A stretch of DNA of 63,724 nt, filler included, from Choristocarpus tenellus KU-1152 (lineage: Eukaryota > Protista > Phaeophyceae): assembly GCA_964200185.2 (NCBI GenBank). It is 11 parts of 11 records of this genome, joined end to end, with 100 filler letters (N's around TTAATTAATTAA, not from the genome) between each part and the next. Parts side by side here need not be neighbours in the genome. Positions count along the whole stretch, not along the records: positions 9,840 to 18,452 come from CAXNAD020004529.1; positions 18,553 to 22,495 come from CAXNAD020017012.1; positions 22,596 to 25,442 come from CAXNAD020024233.1; positions 25,543 to 42,273 come from CAXNAD020000782.1; 7 more parts are not named here. The stretch is one strand, 5' to 3'. Of the stretch, positions 12,397 to 25,600 are shown piece after piece; within the stretch, counting starts at the first letter, position 1, and each line of letters starts with the position of its first letter. The notes under the pieces were generated by a model. That model had not been told where the DNA came from, did not search any database, and saw only the letters and a list, made by a program, of their open reading frames with translations. The position numbers and the translations under genes are program-made.

Positions 12397-12919
12397 GAGT
12401 CAGTATCTTAGAAGGTAGGGCCGCATCCATTTTGGGACCAAAATCCAATGTTGCGATTTTGACGTAGTTTTAGCTGTTGTGTTGAGTGAAAGTATCTTAA
12501 GAGGGTACGAGTTTTGCCCTGTTTGTCCACTTGGGGCTTGACTTCCCACGGGTTTTTAATGACATTTCACCTAACCCGATATGGTTTGGACTAGGCAATA
12601 TATATACATTACGAAAAGGTGTATCCGGAACAAGGATATTGACACCTCCTAACAAACACAAAAGCCAAAATTACATCAAAATATCAACATTTGACTTTGG
12701 TCCCCAAATGGACGCGGTTCTACCCTCAAAGATACTTTGACCTTGGCTTTGTTAAGAAGTCTCAACATCCTTGTTCCAGACACACCTTTTCATAAAGTGT
12801 ACAATTTACCTACCCCAAAATGTTTCGGATTAGGTAAAATGTCATTAAAAAAACGTGGAAGCCAAGCCCCAAACGGACAAACAGGGCAAAAATCGTACCC
12901 TCTTAAGATACTTTCACTC
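12397..12919 (-). mobile_element. MITE family A (reverse orientation) interrupted by a second family A copy
   Basis: Termini GAGTCAGTATCTTAGAAGGTA ... TACCCTCTTAAGATACTTTCACTC. Flanks are TACT/TATT (4-bp TSD, one mismatch). Confidence 0.85.
12484..12743 (+). mobile_element. MITE family A nested inside the above
   Basis: GAGTGAAAGTATCTTAAGAGGGTAC ... TACCCTCAAAGATACTTTGACCT, about 260 bp, colinear with 22144-22399. Confidence 0.85.
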
Positions 12920-15900
12920 TATTGAAAACCCTTTTTCCCTAAAAAAGGAATATCCATTGTAATCAAAACTTAAACTTCAATGGTAGTAGTCAGTGATAGT
13001 GTGAATGAAGTACATTTGCAGAACACAGTTTGATCCGCTAAAGCCACCACTACATTGATGACAAAGAAGGCACGAACGATCTGAGGCTATAATATAAATG
13101 AAGACAAAAGTTACTCTTCCTCATTGACATTCTTCTTTCAGTGAAGGGCAAGTTAGTGATCGACAACATAAATGTAATGAAGTGCAACGAAGAAGTCACA
13201 CATTGAGCTGAAGTCACTGTAGTACTGAAACAATGAACGCCATTGAGAACAACTTCGAAAGAGCGATTTCAATCTCCTCGAACACCAGAAATAGGAGATT
13301 TGGCCGCTCATCTCTAGAAAAATGATGGGAAGCCATTTCCCCTCCCCCTGTTCCTCCCTTATCCATGCACGTTGTAAGAGTTTATGAGACTCTTCTCCTC
13401 TATCCCAATTTTGACAATGACCCACCGTTCATCTTGGATATTGTAGTGTTAGTTGATGATGTCTCCCCATCAAACATCTCAGGCATCCATGTCAAGAATG
13501 GACAAGACTTGAAGCCGCATGGTGCCAAATGTTGGAAGAAATTATGTCTCCCCTCCTTATCACTGAGGTACCCATAAAGTCAAACGGGAAAGTTACAAGA
13601 AAAGCAATCAGCAGCAATTCCTTGTGTTTTTGCAATATTGTGAGTGTGGTGGCGGGTTAATACCAATCAATGCATGGCATTTAAAACCTATAGTAACAAT
13701 GAATATCGCATATTTCTATGCTTGAGTTGGACAGTATATATGTAAGGACTGCCTTTTTGTTGAGTAATGTCGACACTCTGAATCATTAGTATAATTGGAC
13801 TTGGTCGTGACATCTATTGTGAAAAAGGAATCGCCTCAAACAGCTGCCAGTTTGCATCCAATTTTTTTGATGTCTCTCTAATGACATATTTGCAGTCATG
13901 TTCACTTCACACAGTAGTAGCTTTACTTAAGCATTTCACCAGTACCATCCACCTATTTGAGTGCCTGATCATTAGAAATCAATGATGATCATCATGGACA
14001 AAGCCCTTCTTAGATAGCCTCAATGTATGGTGAGGCAAATGTCACACTCCGTAAGTAGGTGTTGTCTTCAAGAACATAACTCTCATGAGTCACTGAATGC
14101 CTCAATTTGACCAAACACTAGATGTATGCAGATCATAAAATAGTCCAAAGGGTTCACATGCCGAACAGAGTAGAATCATGTTTCTCGTCTTCTGCCCCTA
14201 TGGTTGTAGACACATTGAAGGGCCATATTGTAATGACATAGTGTGGCTATACTCGACATTGTTTTGTGTAGTCTTAAGCTCCTTACTAAAAGATCCAAAA
14301 ACATACCAAAAAAAAGTAGCAAGTAAATCAGAACATTTTGTTTCGATGGTTTTCCAAGATATGTACGTTTTGTCAAAATTTCTTGTTCTCGAACTTTTGA
14401 GAAAATATGTAAGAACTGCATAATACCAAGTATTGGTAGAGGTTCAAGTTTAATATCCTTCCTTCACGAAAGGGCACAGCAGCATCCCATTAGAATACCC
14501 ATTCACGCTTGTAAATTACACTTTCTATAAACGAATCACCTACAACATGCAACACACAAAGACCAGGCTTCACATACAGCAGCTCCAAAATGTGGGTATC
14601 CTGAAACCTGAAACCGCTGTTTCACATCACACCCACCATTGTAGAAAGATCGCGATGAGATTTCCAAGTTACACTGAAGAAAGTATCCATTTACACGTCA
14701 CCTGAAATGAGAATACTGTCCAACACACACCCTAGAACTGTATGTGGTGCGCCTATCAAGATATTTAACTTCATACCTAATATAGAGGATGTAAATGTGT
14801 GCGTAGTGAAATGGTCTACCTCCCATGCTCACGATTATCCTTAACGTCTAACACTAGAACAACACTCACCCACATTTGTCCAGAAATGCCGATATCATAC
14901 GCTCGATCGGGTCACGGATCACCACAAACCTTGAATTCAGGACAACAAGTTGATTTATGTATGAAACAGTGAATTCCAGAAAGGACGAGAGGATCGAGAA
15001 AGTTTAGAATTACATTTATTGAGGTGGTTAGGGCAGAACTGGAGGACTCCTCCGTCGTTGCACCGTGTATTGGGTTACTATCTCATAGCAGTAGCATCAT
15101 TGTAGCAACGAAGAAATTAGAGCCAGTTGTGTAAATGAACCTAATCATTATTCGTTGAGCAGACATTTCAGGACCTTGACTCGATGTGTCGACGAAGACG
15201 AAGGTTGCGCGCAGCTAACTAACGCATTGTCGAGTCATCTTATGTTAGCATCCAAGTTTCCTACGGTAGAGCTTCACCTACATCAAGTATCACATGTACT
15301 CGCACAAGGGAATACTCTGATTGTTCGTGAAAGGTAGGAAGAGTGATCGCTAGGCCAAATGATTCTACATCCAACACACAGAAACACATAATCCATAAAA
15401 GTCCAATGGTGTGCTGGCTGTTCAAATACGAAGACATCCCTCCTTACCTGAAGCATTTGTCATTACTCATTTCCTCCCGTTTTGTCTTTTCTGGCACATG
15501 CGATAGATGGGAGAGACCGTTTCCCTTGCCATGAACATCAGTAGTCTCCCAGTCTTCGACTCCCACCATCCAGGTCAGTACTCTTCGCCATTCTGTGCAA
15601 GCATTCTTTGGGGGATGTAAGCTCTTGGTTGTGTAGAGATGTTGAACAGTAGGGTAGGCAGTATGACATCGATTCGCACAACCCAATTGCGTTCGTTTCT
15701 ACTACAGGATTACGAAGATTGACATCTTTCATCAGAGGATATAGTTTCCCCCCAGGATTGAACATATTTCTGCTTTTGTTGCAGCATACCTTGGGAATAG
15801 CGCAGTACAGGAGCCCCTCGCTTGCAAGGTAGACGGCTGTACGAAAAGGTACAACTTTACCAGGTTTCTCGCTTGATCCTGACTCATAAATGCACGAATA

Positions 15901-17529
15901 ATCAGCTGCAAGTTGTCGTCAGCAGGGGCATCAGAAAAAGAGTATCAAGAACTTCATAGGGACAGTGAATTACTTTGTTTCCTCTCGTGGTGTGTGTGAG
16001 ATGCTTGCGAAGAGGGAGGAGGCTTCATGCATTCCCCGATCGTGTCTTCAAAAGGCCTTACCTGAAGAGTTCCGATACTGGGAGGATGAATGTGTCACTT
16101 CACCTACAACTCCTACGGCTGGTAAAGATAGGTCTTTGGCTGTGGCAATGGGAGAAGCAAAGGTGAACAACGTGGGATCAATGGTAGAACGCACCACTAC
16201 AGACACGAGTAGGAGAGACAAGAGCATTGTACAGTGTCAACTATACAAGTATTGTTGTTCACAACTGGTGTGCAGAGATAATTGGATATGAAAGAAGTTG
16301 TATTTGATTCATTTATCTCTTGATAGTATTGGTACACAAACATCCATTTCCCTCACACATACCATATTCTAACTTTAATATTTGAAAAGAGTGGTTGAAA
16401 CAAACGTGATAATAGTCTGCATACACTCTTTACAGTACCCTAATTTCACTTTGATCAATTTATTGTTTGAATGACTCGTTTGGTGTGACTGTTTATGAAC
16501 AATGCTTTGATACACTTTTGATCCTAGTACAAAAAAAAAGGTAATATGATAGAGAATTCAGTTAGTAACTGATATTCAAGCTATTGTACTCAGAACATTC
16601 TGTTTATATTTTTGATGTATTGACTAATTTGTTCAGTAATTACTGTTCTGTTAGTATTGTTCTTTTGTCTCTTGTAGTTTTTAACTCATCATCGCTACAA
16701 AGGAACGTTTTAGACCCCTCTAAAAGGAACCACAAAGTTTTCCGGATGAGTTGGAGATAGGGTAAGGAGGATATAGGATCGAAGGACCTGTGAAATCCTC
16801 TTTACCGCAGAGAATGTTGATCACAACAGAAGTGGTCGTATCAAGAAGAAGTGGTCTGGTGATGACAGGTATTGTAGAAGAAGATTCCCCATTTTTTTCT
16901 CCAAGTAGAGTTCCAAATCACTCTAAACATCCATCTGAAAATATTCACGATCGTTCCCCAAATGTTTGCCGAAACTTCTTCGAGGCCTAATGAGACATTA
17001 TATTCTGAAATAAGATCCGAACTGTGATTCATCCTCCTTTCGAAGTTGTAGGTGGTTCACTCCAATAAACACGATAGTGGAAGTGGTGAATAGTTCACGA
17101 TCACTTTGGACAGGCGTTCGTCTTGCCAATCAAGGATTGCACTGAAGGTTTATGACATTATTATCAAGTAATATTTCTCCGGACCAAGTTGGGGAATCGC
17201 ACCCCTTCTCTCTGGAGGCATTGGTTTTCTCGTTAGGATGGGACGAAGTCCAAACGAGAAAACAGCATGGGAGGGCGTGACCACGAAAATAAAAAAGCTT
17301 CTGGACATCTTTCTACAACGTTTGAGAGGTTATTGGAACATGGCTGTCAACAGATAACTGGAATCTGGGCGAACCACGAGCGAAACGTCATTCCATGGTT
17401 TACAGTATTCCCAACGTCTGTTGAATAGCCTCGCGCATGAACGGCCCATCACCAGAAGCTGCTGGTTGAGTTACATGGTGACCATACACTGAAAGATTAA
17501 TTACCAGGTGGGCCTTTGTCTTAGCTATT

Positions 17530-18185
17530 ATATTACTATGGTCACTGACATTTTGCAGATGCGCCAGGAGGAAACCAATGAAAACTATTCACTTGTCAGT
17601 ATAAACCCTAAAAAAGTAAAATATGTCACAAATGTGAGAAACACTAATCTATTTGTTTTTTCAATACTATCTATGTTGTACCACTGCCTTCCTGTGCCTC
17701 CAATCTACCTATTCCTGCACCCCCGAGTGAGGAGCTAGGGAGGCATCCCAAGAATCCTACAAACCCCTCCTTCCTTGCCCATCTCCCTGGTTACTCCAGC
17801 TTAATACGCATGAGACGTCTGGACAGTGCCACTTGCGTTGTTACTGAGACTATTTGTCATAGGCGGGATTTGACCACCCCTTTCCTACCATAGCCTCCAG
17901 TTCCTCTCCCCTCCACCATGTTTGTAGCCAGCTTATCCAGGAAACGTTCCGTTTGCTTGCCGAGGCGCCCAAACTTTTCACCGCGAAGTTGTTGAGGTTA
18001 TAACTACGAGGATCAAAAGAGCCCTTGTAGTGGGTACGCTTTCTCGCCTCAGTTGCAGAGCACCACCTACACCATTGCTGGTGGATGAGTGTGGAAGATG
18101 GGAGGTTTATGCGTTTGCCTCTTTCCCACACTGACTCTGGAGGTGTGCGAGGGCTAATGAGGACATTTCCTTCCCTTGTCTTAAC
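17530..18185 (-). mobile_element. 3' end of a CRE-like (restriction-endonuclease-like domain) non-LTR retrotransposon, degraded
   Basis: Minus strand, with one frameshift, reads EARKRTHYKGSFDPRSYNLNNFAVKS/GRLGKQTERFLDKLATNMVEGR...KGVVKSRL*QIVSVTTQVALSRRL. This resembles the REL C-terminal (L)AVE(S/T)FGRLG motif of CRE-clade elements. The 3' UTR is repeated at 18186 and 58392. Confidence 0.65.
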
Positions 18186-18452
18186 TATTTTTATTATTGT
18201 GCCCTCTGACATTTTGCAGATGTATCAGGGGGGAAACCAATGAAAACTATACATATGTCGTTATTAGCCCTAAAGAAATAAAATTTCCTAAACGTAAGAA
18301 CACTATAAAACATTGTAAGTGTGGAAACCACTAGTCTATCAGTTACTTCACCACTATCAAATATTGTACTACTGTCTTCCTTTGCTTCCTATCTACCTAC
18401 TCCTGTGCCCCGGGGGGGGGAGCTAGGGAGGCATCCCAAGAATCCAACAGAC
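18186..18452 (-). mobile_element. Second 3' UTR copy of the same CRE-like element, with AAT-rich tail
   Basis: Shares CTGACATTTTGCAGATG...AAACCAATGAAAACTAT...GAGCTAGGGAGGCATCCCAAGAATCC with 17545-17757. Confidence 0.7.
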
Positions 18453-19049
18453 NNNNNNNNNNNNNNNNNNNNNNNNNNNNNNNNNNNNNNNNNNNNTTAA
18501 TTAATTAANNNNNNNNNNNNNNNNNNNNNNNNNNNNNNNNNNNNNNNNNNNNGTTATGGTTGAGTATGTGAAAGAGATGATTGGGTTTGAATGTGGGTCG
18601 TGTGTGTGTGTGGGGGGGGGGGAGTGGTTTGTGTTGGGTACGTGGAGGGTAGGATGCGTGGAAGTGGTTTGGAGGGACTGTGGATATTTCAGCTGCAGGG
18701 AGCTGAGTGGGTGGTAGGTGTGGGAGATGGTTTATGTGTTTGAGTGAGGTTATTTGTAGGGAGTATGTATGGGTAAGTTGGAAGAAGGAGCTTCTGGGCG
18801 GGAGGGGTGGATGGAATGATGGTGTGTAGGTAGGTTGGCAAGGTAAGGGCAGTTGGTGTGGTGATCTTGATCGGATTTGATAGTGGGTAGGGTAGGTTGA
18901 TACTGGTTGGTGCGACAGTAGGGCTGAGTTTCTTGTGTTCAATGTTGTTAATGGTGTGTACAAAAGGGGGGGGAGGATGGGGGGCCTTGAGTAGAATTAG
19001 TGGTAGTGGGGGTCTGGAGCAGGATTAGTGGTGGGTAGTGACCTTGGGT

Positions 19050-19550
19050 TGGATTAGCATTGGGTAGTGAGAGTTGAGCAGGGAGGTTTGTGGTGGGGTG
19101 GAGGCAGTAGTGTGGTGGGGGCACTGGTGCAGGTGGTGACTAGGTTGCTGGCAGTGACGGTAAGTGCAGGCTCAAGCAGTGGGATGAAATTTGGCTGTGG
19201 AGAGCGCCGTCCGGAAAGGATGGGCGCCTGCAGGCAGGAGTTCATGGTGGTCCCGCCAAGTTCTTGGAAGTTCAGTCTTAGGCCAGTAGAGTAGAAGAAG
19301 GTACTGGTCAGAACTCTTGTCAGGTTCCATCGCTGACAGGCCCAATCGACTTGAACAGTGCACATCACTTGTTGATTGTCTACGCCATACTTAGCAGCCA
19401 GGGCATGCCAAGCATAGGGGCCATTGTTGATCTTGTCATCGCACTGTTGTTGTACATGTAGAGGGTCTGAGACCAGTCCTGGGAAAGGGGTGCGCCGAGC
19501 ATCTGGTGGCAGTGTTCCTCGATGGTAGGTGGGGCGGTGTTTTTAGTGTG
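19050..19550 (-). mobile_element. Probable Ty1/copia gag remnant
   Basis: Minus strand ...NGPYAWHALAAKYGVDN... resembles the copia gag W..L...Y motif. It is on the same contig and strand as the copia integrase at 21-22 kb. Confidence 0.4.
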
Positions 19551-21019
19551 CGTCAAGTACTGTTAGAACATCATGGTGCATATACGTTGACATTTGTTAA
19601 ACATACAAGCATAGTATGTATGCTTATTAATCTTCACATCACAACCATCAGTTGTGTCTCATATGTTTTTTTGTTCCATTTTCTCTGGTTGCCTTACCCC
19701 CACTTAAACCTCGAGTTCACTCTACACTATATGTACCTCCACACAACAGGATGTCATATATTCGGAGTTAAAACATCCTCAGAAACCCTTCTTCACAAGG
19801 TGCCAAGCCTCTACTCGGAGCATGTTCTTCCTTTGAGTGTCTCAAGGAATACCCACAACATACCAAATAACCTCTGACTACCACGCACATCTTGTCACTA
19901 GGTTCATTGGCATGAATTCACTGGTGCTTCATTGCATCATGACGCCCCTTCAACACAACCAACCTGCCACTGTACAAGAGCTCGATTAATTCAATCTCAG
20001 GACTTGATAGGTGGCATCAGTTATCACCTGTTGACCACCATCGAGAATGTCTTGTGTGTATTGTGCAACATACTAGGCACGACAAACTGTACAGGTTGGC
20101 ATACACGAGTTTTCTCCTAGTCGCAGCAGAGGTTGTAGATATCCTTTGGAGGCATGAATGTGATAGCTGGAGCTATCATTCCACTTTAGAGAAGGGTATA
20201 TAGAAGGGTTGAGTTGGCCTGTGTGTTGAGAAAAAGAGTTGGGATGTTATAGGATCATACCCTCATAAGGGATACCAAATCTAGAGGACCCTGTCGATCG
20301 AAACTCTGGCAAGAATGGTTGATGATATCCTTGGGTGTGTGAAGTATCTTCTTGTGCACTCCGTACAGATATTTCTCATTCCTATCGGGCATCTCTTCCT
20401 TAGGTCCACAATGCCAAAGCTCAGAAATCTGACAACAGAGTCCCTGCACGTATTGATGTACTCTCAAGGCTTCCTGTGTCCATGTGAAGAAACAGGGTTG
20501 GAACATTGGTTCATAGAGTCATTGGGGCGTCTAGCTATCGCATTAGTCATATAGACACAAAATAGGATAAGAGACGTCAGGCTTTTGCATGGCAACAATC
20601 GCGAAGTGGGTTTATTGCGATCTCTAGGGATAGAGAAATAGTAACAACATTAAGTTCAGAATATACACACTGGTGATGAACAAGAAGACAATATGCTTAC
20701 CTTTCTGTAGAAGTGGAGCACTTCGTGCCTTCTATCCCCTTGCGTGATGAAGCAGTCAAATCGTTGGATATCTTGAAAGTGGCAATGAACATCTCATAGC
20801 AAGCAAGTTCAGCCTTCATATTTTCATCTACAAGGGTGGCGAGCATTCCTTTGGGGCCTATTGGGTCGGGAAGTTGTCGTTGGAGCACCCTGTCCAACAC
20901 ACATCGTTTCCTATCATTTGGACTGGGTAGTGACCACGAAGTCTGGCACCTCACACAGTGTTAGGTGTTGAAACCTGAAAAGGGAGGTGGGGGAGTCTTG
21001 GGCCGGGTGGGTGGTGGGT

Positions 21020-21960
21020 AGGAGGGGTGGAAGTCCTTCAATGAAGGTGACTTGGCATGTGTTAAGGACCTGGTTGATGTGTGGTTTCCAGATACGGTAC
21101 CCAGTGCTGTGGGTGCTGTAACCAACCAGGTGCCCCTCCCATGCTTTAGGTGCTAGTTTACCCCCATGGGGGCGATGATGATGGACATAAGTCCAAGCAC
21201 CAAAGATATGGAGGCGGAACAGGTCCAGGTGGTGGGAGAGCGAGGCATGGTATAGGGTTTCGAAGTTGAGGGTGGCAATGGGGGAGAGGTTGATAAGGTG
21301 GGCGGCAGTGGCGACGGCTTCAGGTCACAGTTGTCTGGGAAGGTCCACTGACATTGAACCAAAGCATTTAAGAGGGTAGGAGGTTTCCCCTGTTTGTCCA
21401 TTCCGGGCTTGACTTCCCACGTTTTCTTTACCCTTTTTCGATTTTCTGAGTGAACACAGTTACCTAAAATGTCACGACTATGAAAGGTGTGTCCGGATCA
21501 AGGATATTGACACTTGCTGGCAAAGACGATAGCCGAAATTCATCAAAATCACAGCAATGGATTTATGACCCCAAATGGATGCGGCCCTACCCTCTTAAAT
21601 GCTTTGGGTTGTTCAGCCAGACCGTTTACTTGGGGAGTGTAGGGTTGGTAAATTCCTGGTGGATGTTGTGGTAGGCGCAGTAGGTGGCTAGGTTCTGGCC
21701 TGTGTACTCGCCACCGTTGTCGGAGCGTAGGGTCTTGGTGGACAGGCCAGAAGGGGTGACGATGTCCGCACAGTAACGCTTAAGGGTGTGGAACACGCCA
21801 CCTTGGATCGAGTGAAGTAGATATGGTGCACGTGGGTTGATGAGTTGGTGTAGATGACAAGCAGCTCCCAGAAAAGGAGGCAGGTGACACAGGTCCCGTA
21901 ACATCCGTGTGGAGAACGTCAAGGGGATGCCTGGTGGTGGTGGAGATCTTTGTGAGTGGT
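21020..21960 (-). mobile_element. Ty1/copia integrase plus SH3-like domain remnant, split by a MITE
   Basis: HPLDVLHTDVTGP, TLRSDNGGEYTG, QEFTNP..NGLAE and KAWEGHLVGYSTHSTGYRIW, with frameshifts. Confidence 0.85.
21356..21609 (+). mobile_element. MITE family A variant inserted in the copia integrase
   Basis: GAACCAAAGCATTTAAGAGGGTA...TACCCTCTTAAATGCTTTGGG. Flanks CATT/TGTT both derive from CGTT, and removing the insert restores GCT GAA CGT CAG TGG (AERQW). Confidence 0.8.
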
Positions 21961-22143
21961 TGGTGAGTGGACTTATTGAGGGAATATGGAGGGCAGGGCT
22001 GTAGGTGGGCGGTTGCAGGAAACTCCAGGACCACGGGATCGATCGTTTTGAGACGGTGCGTGTCCCAGTAAATAAGGTGGGCAAGGCGGTGATTCTAGGG
22101 GAGTATGGTGGCAAAGGCTGGGGCAGGTGTGGTGGGGGGTGCA

Positions 22144-22399
22144 GAGTGAACGTATCTTAGAGGGTACGAGCTTTGCCCTGTTTGTCTGTTTGGGATTTGG
22201 CTTCCCACGTTTTTTTTGTGCTATTTTCCTACTACGAAATGTTATGGAGTAGGTAAAAAATTACGTTTTGAATGGTGTGTTCAGAAGAAGGATATTGACA
22301 CTTACAAACAAGCACGATAGCCAGAATTACATCAAAATTGCAAAATTGGATTTTGGTCCCCAAACGGAAGCGGCTCTAGTCTCTAAGATATTTTGACTC
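22144..22399 (+). mobile_element. Complete 256-bp MITE family A, GAG...CTC termini, perfect TGCA TSD
   Basis: TGCA (22140-22143) GAGTGAACGTATCTTAGAGGGTA ... CTCTAAGATATTTTGACTC TGCA (22400-22403). Confidence 0.9.
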
Positions 22400-22595
22400 T
22401 GCAGAGAGGGCAAGGTGTGGAGTCGGAGGGTGTGTGGTGTTAAAGTATCCCCAAAATCATCAAAGAGGATAAAGGTGATAAACCCGACGAGATTGNNNNN
22501 NNNNNNNNNNNNNNNNNNNNNNNNNNNNNNNNNNNNNNNTTAATTAATTAANNNNNNNNNNNNNNNNNNNNNNNNNNNNNNNNNNNNNNNNNNNN

Positions 22596-22661
22596 TTCAA
22601 CACAAAAGCCCCCCCCCCCACACACCCCCCCCCCCCCCCCCCCCCCAGATACTTTGAACCT
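22596..22661 (+). mobile_element. Poly-C subterminal MITE end (family B/C) at a contig edge; another at 59171-59194
   Basis: C-run followed by AGATACTTTGAACC (or AGATACTTTGGGTC). Confidence 0.6.
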
Positions 22662-25600
22662 CCTTACAAACCACCACAAGGCATACATAATATATGTCTC
22701 ATGCTCACACATTGATTACATCCTGACACTCCACAATAGTAACATGCCTCAATCCAGGTGCAAAACTGGGCCACCAATCACCAATCTCCATTTCCAAACA
22801 AATAAACGCATTCCCCCCACATAAAAAAATATATATCTCCCACTGTACTGTACACATACCCCTCAGAGTTGATTCACATTGATATCAACCACTCAGGTAA
22901 CAGAATCGCCATCCATCAATTGCACCCCACACAAAGAGTAAAGGGCGGGTTTATATTAATACTCTAGGCAGTAGCAAGAGGAAGCATAGATGATATCACC
23001 AAGGTAACACATCACAAACACAAAAAAGCACACAAAAAACTATACAACTAATATGATACAGTCAACAATTGTTAACCTTCCAATATAAAATAGTCCACAA
23101 AAAGGCATCCAGTGTAGTACATCCAACTCTTGATCGTTGGCATAAGTCTAGTTTATCACCCCCCTCCCCACACATACACTGCTTTCCACTGCCCGAATGC
23201 TCTTGTCGATCCTCACAATCTATGTATCCATTCATGTATGGTAGAAACTACTAGATTATGACATCATCAACTAAACAAACACCTTCCTATCCATCTGTCC
23301 CTTACACTAAAAAAAGGGAGGTTACAAGTTGGAGAAACAAAGCCTACCGACCTAATGCCAATTCCTCAAAGTAATACAGTCGGACAAGATAAGACAGTAT
23401 CAATGGTAAATCTTCCACCAAACCTCCACCCAATACGGATCACGCCTTCGCAAGGTCAAACACTGACAGTAGTCTACTGGAGGCGTCTGAATGCCAATCA
23501 AACAATGGGACAGGTGAAGATGGACAGATACACACCACAAGGCAAAGAAAACATGTTATACACCATTCCTAAACATTGAGACATCGCTTGAACCAGAGCT
23601 GATTGATTCTTATCATTGCCATACACTCAACACCTACCTCCAAGCTCAGACCCAAGGACAATGTGGTCATACACCCCGCCTTTCTTCTCCCCCTCCCCCC
23701 CTTCTCCCACTCCATCATCATCATCACAAGTTGAGGCCACCTTCAAGGGAGAATAGTCATCCAAGAGTATGTCCTCCCCAATGTCCTCCGGGAGATCAAA
23801 CTTGGAGCAATACACAAACAGCACAAAACGGGGGAGAAGAATTGGCAAAGGGTGGTGGGAGGGCAAGGAGGGGGGGAGTTAAGTCAATACAACAAGTATC
23901 CAAAGTATGGGGTGTTCAGCACAGTGGTTCAGGGTAACAGAGCTGAGGGTTTGGAAGAGGGTAGGAAAGGGATTGAAAGGATTGAAGGTTTTCTGGTCCA
24001 AAGCAGGCACTCCTATGGCAAGAAGATTGCGATGTGTGGTATGATGACAGAGGTAGGTCATTTAAACAGACTCGCCATAAATAACCTACGTAAGTGGGGG
24101 AGGGGGGGAGGGGACATCTACCTTTTTTATTTACCAAGGATGTACCTTCTTGCCTAAAGATGAGGCACCTACTACTTCAAGGAGAGCATTGTTGTATGCA
24201 CAGAAGTTGAAAAATGTTCAATCAGCAAGAAAACACCAGCCAATAGCCCTGTACACAATTTTATGACCTTAAATGCACAGATAATGATGCGACTGCCTAA
24301 GGTGCTTGTCCTTACATACTTAGAGATAAACAGAACACACACACACATACATACATACCCCAAAAAAATACTTCAAAATACCACATTAATAGAACTAGGA
24401 TAACTGCTATATAAGGGTACATACATACATATGTGCAGAGACAAATTGCTGCCAATGACAGCTTCCTCAAACAAGTCAGACATGCATATGCTGAATACGT
24501 GCTGAAAACTAAACCCGCACTTGGGCAACAGAGACTTTTCATGACTAGTCTGATATCAGAGAGTCAGTTCACGAAATTTCAAGATCATCGGCAAGGGAAC
24601 ATGCTTGCTAGAGCAATGCCACAACAGATCAACAACACGAAGTTGAAGGATCACATCACTCAAGCACACCCATCATTTTATATGTAGATACATCAACGGA
24701 AGATGAAATTCTCTACACAAGCACTGCACAAAGCACTACAAAAAGCAATGCATAAGCCAAATGCCCTCTATTTCATCCTTACTACAATATTGTTTTATCT
24801 ACACTCCTCTCTTCTGCTAGTCTCATATACACCTCCTCACTAACACTGTACAACTCCCCCCCCATCCCCTCCCTTCCCAACAGTTTAGCAACTCCATTTC
24901 ATCCCTACTACCCTGTTATTTACCCCCCCCATCTCCCTCTCCACCAAGCCCATCCCTCCCTCCTGCCCTAACCAAGGACTGCCACAATACGTTCCCACTA
25001 GGAGTTTGACTACACTCCGAATGGCACCGTCCACAAACTACAATGAAAAACAGTCTTGGTCATTTCAATCAAACCAATCGCTCCTATTACTACCAATATC
25101 TTGGATGCAACTGTTCAGAACAACAGCAATCATACATTCTCCCAAACGTGCCTAGCGCCGTAATACCTTTCCTAAAAGTTTGAACAAAAGAGTTATCACT
25201 GGTATCTGTAGCACATAAAATAAAAAATATATATATACAAGCTTTTATATGCATATACACAGGAACATGGAAAGCGTGCAACCAGTACAATCTAGCCTTC
25301 ATGTCATCATGTCTGGGATAACCACCCAAAAGATCTACAAAAAAAATCTAGTATCATCCGAACCTCCCCCCCCCCCCCCCCCACCCCCCCCCCCCTTCGC
25401 CCCCTCCCCAACCCAACCCCCCCCCCAGAAACCCTTCCTCCTNNNNNNNNNNNNNNNNNNNNNNNNNNNNNNNNNNNNNNNNNNNNTTAATTAATTAANN
25501 NNNNNNNNNNNNNNNNNNNNNNNNNNNNNNNNNNNNNNNNNNGTGAAATAAAAGAACATTGTGATACACGAAAAACAGATCGGGAATGTGAGTGTACGAA

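Noticed and set aside
22700-25400. LINE RNase H or copia RT remnants in C/A-rich sequence
   Set aside because: The composition is suggestive, but no intact diagnostic motif was found.
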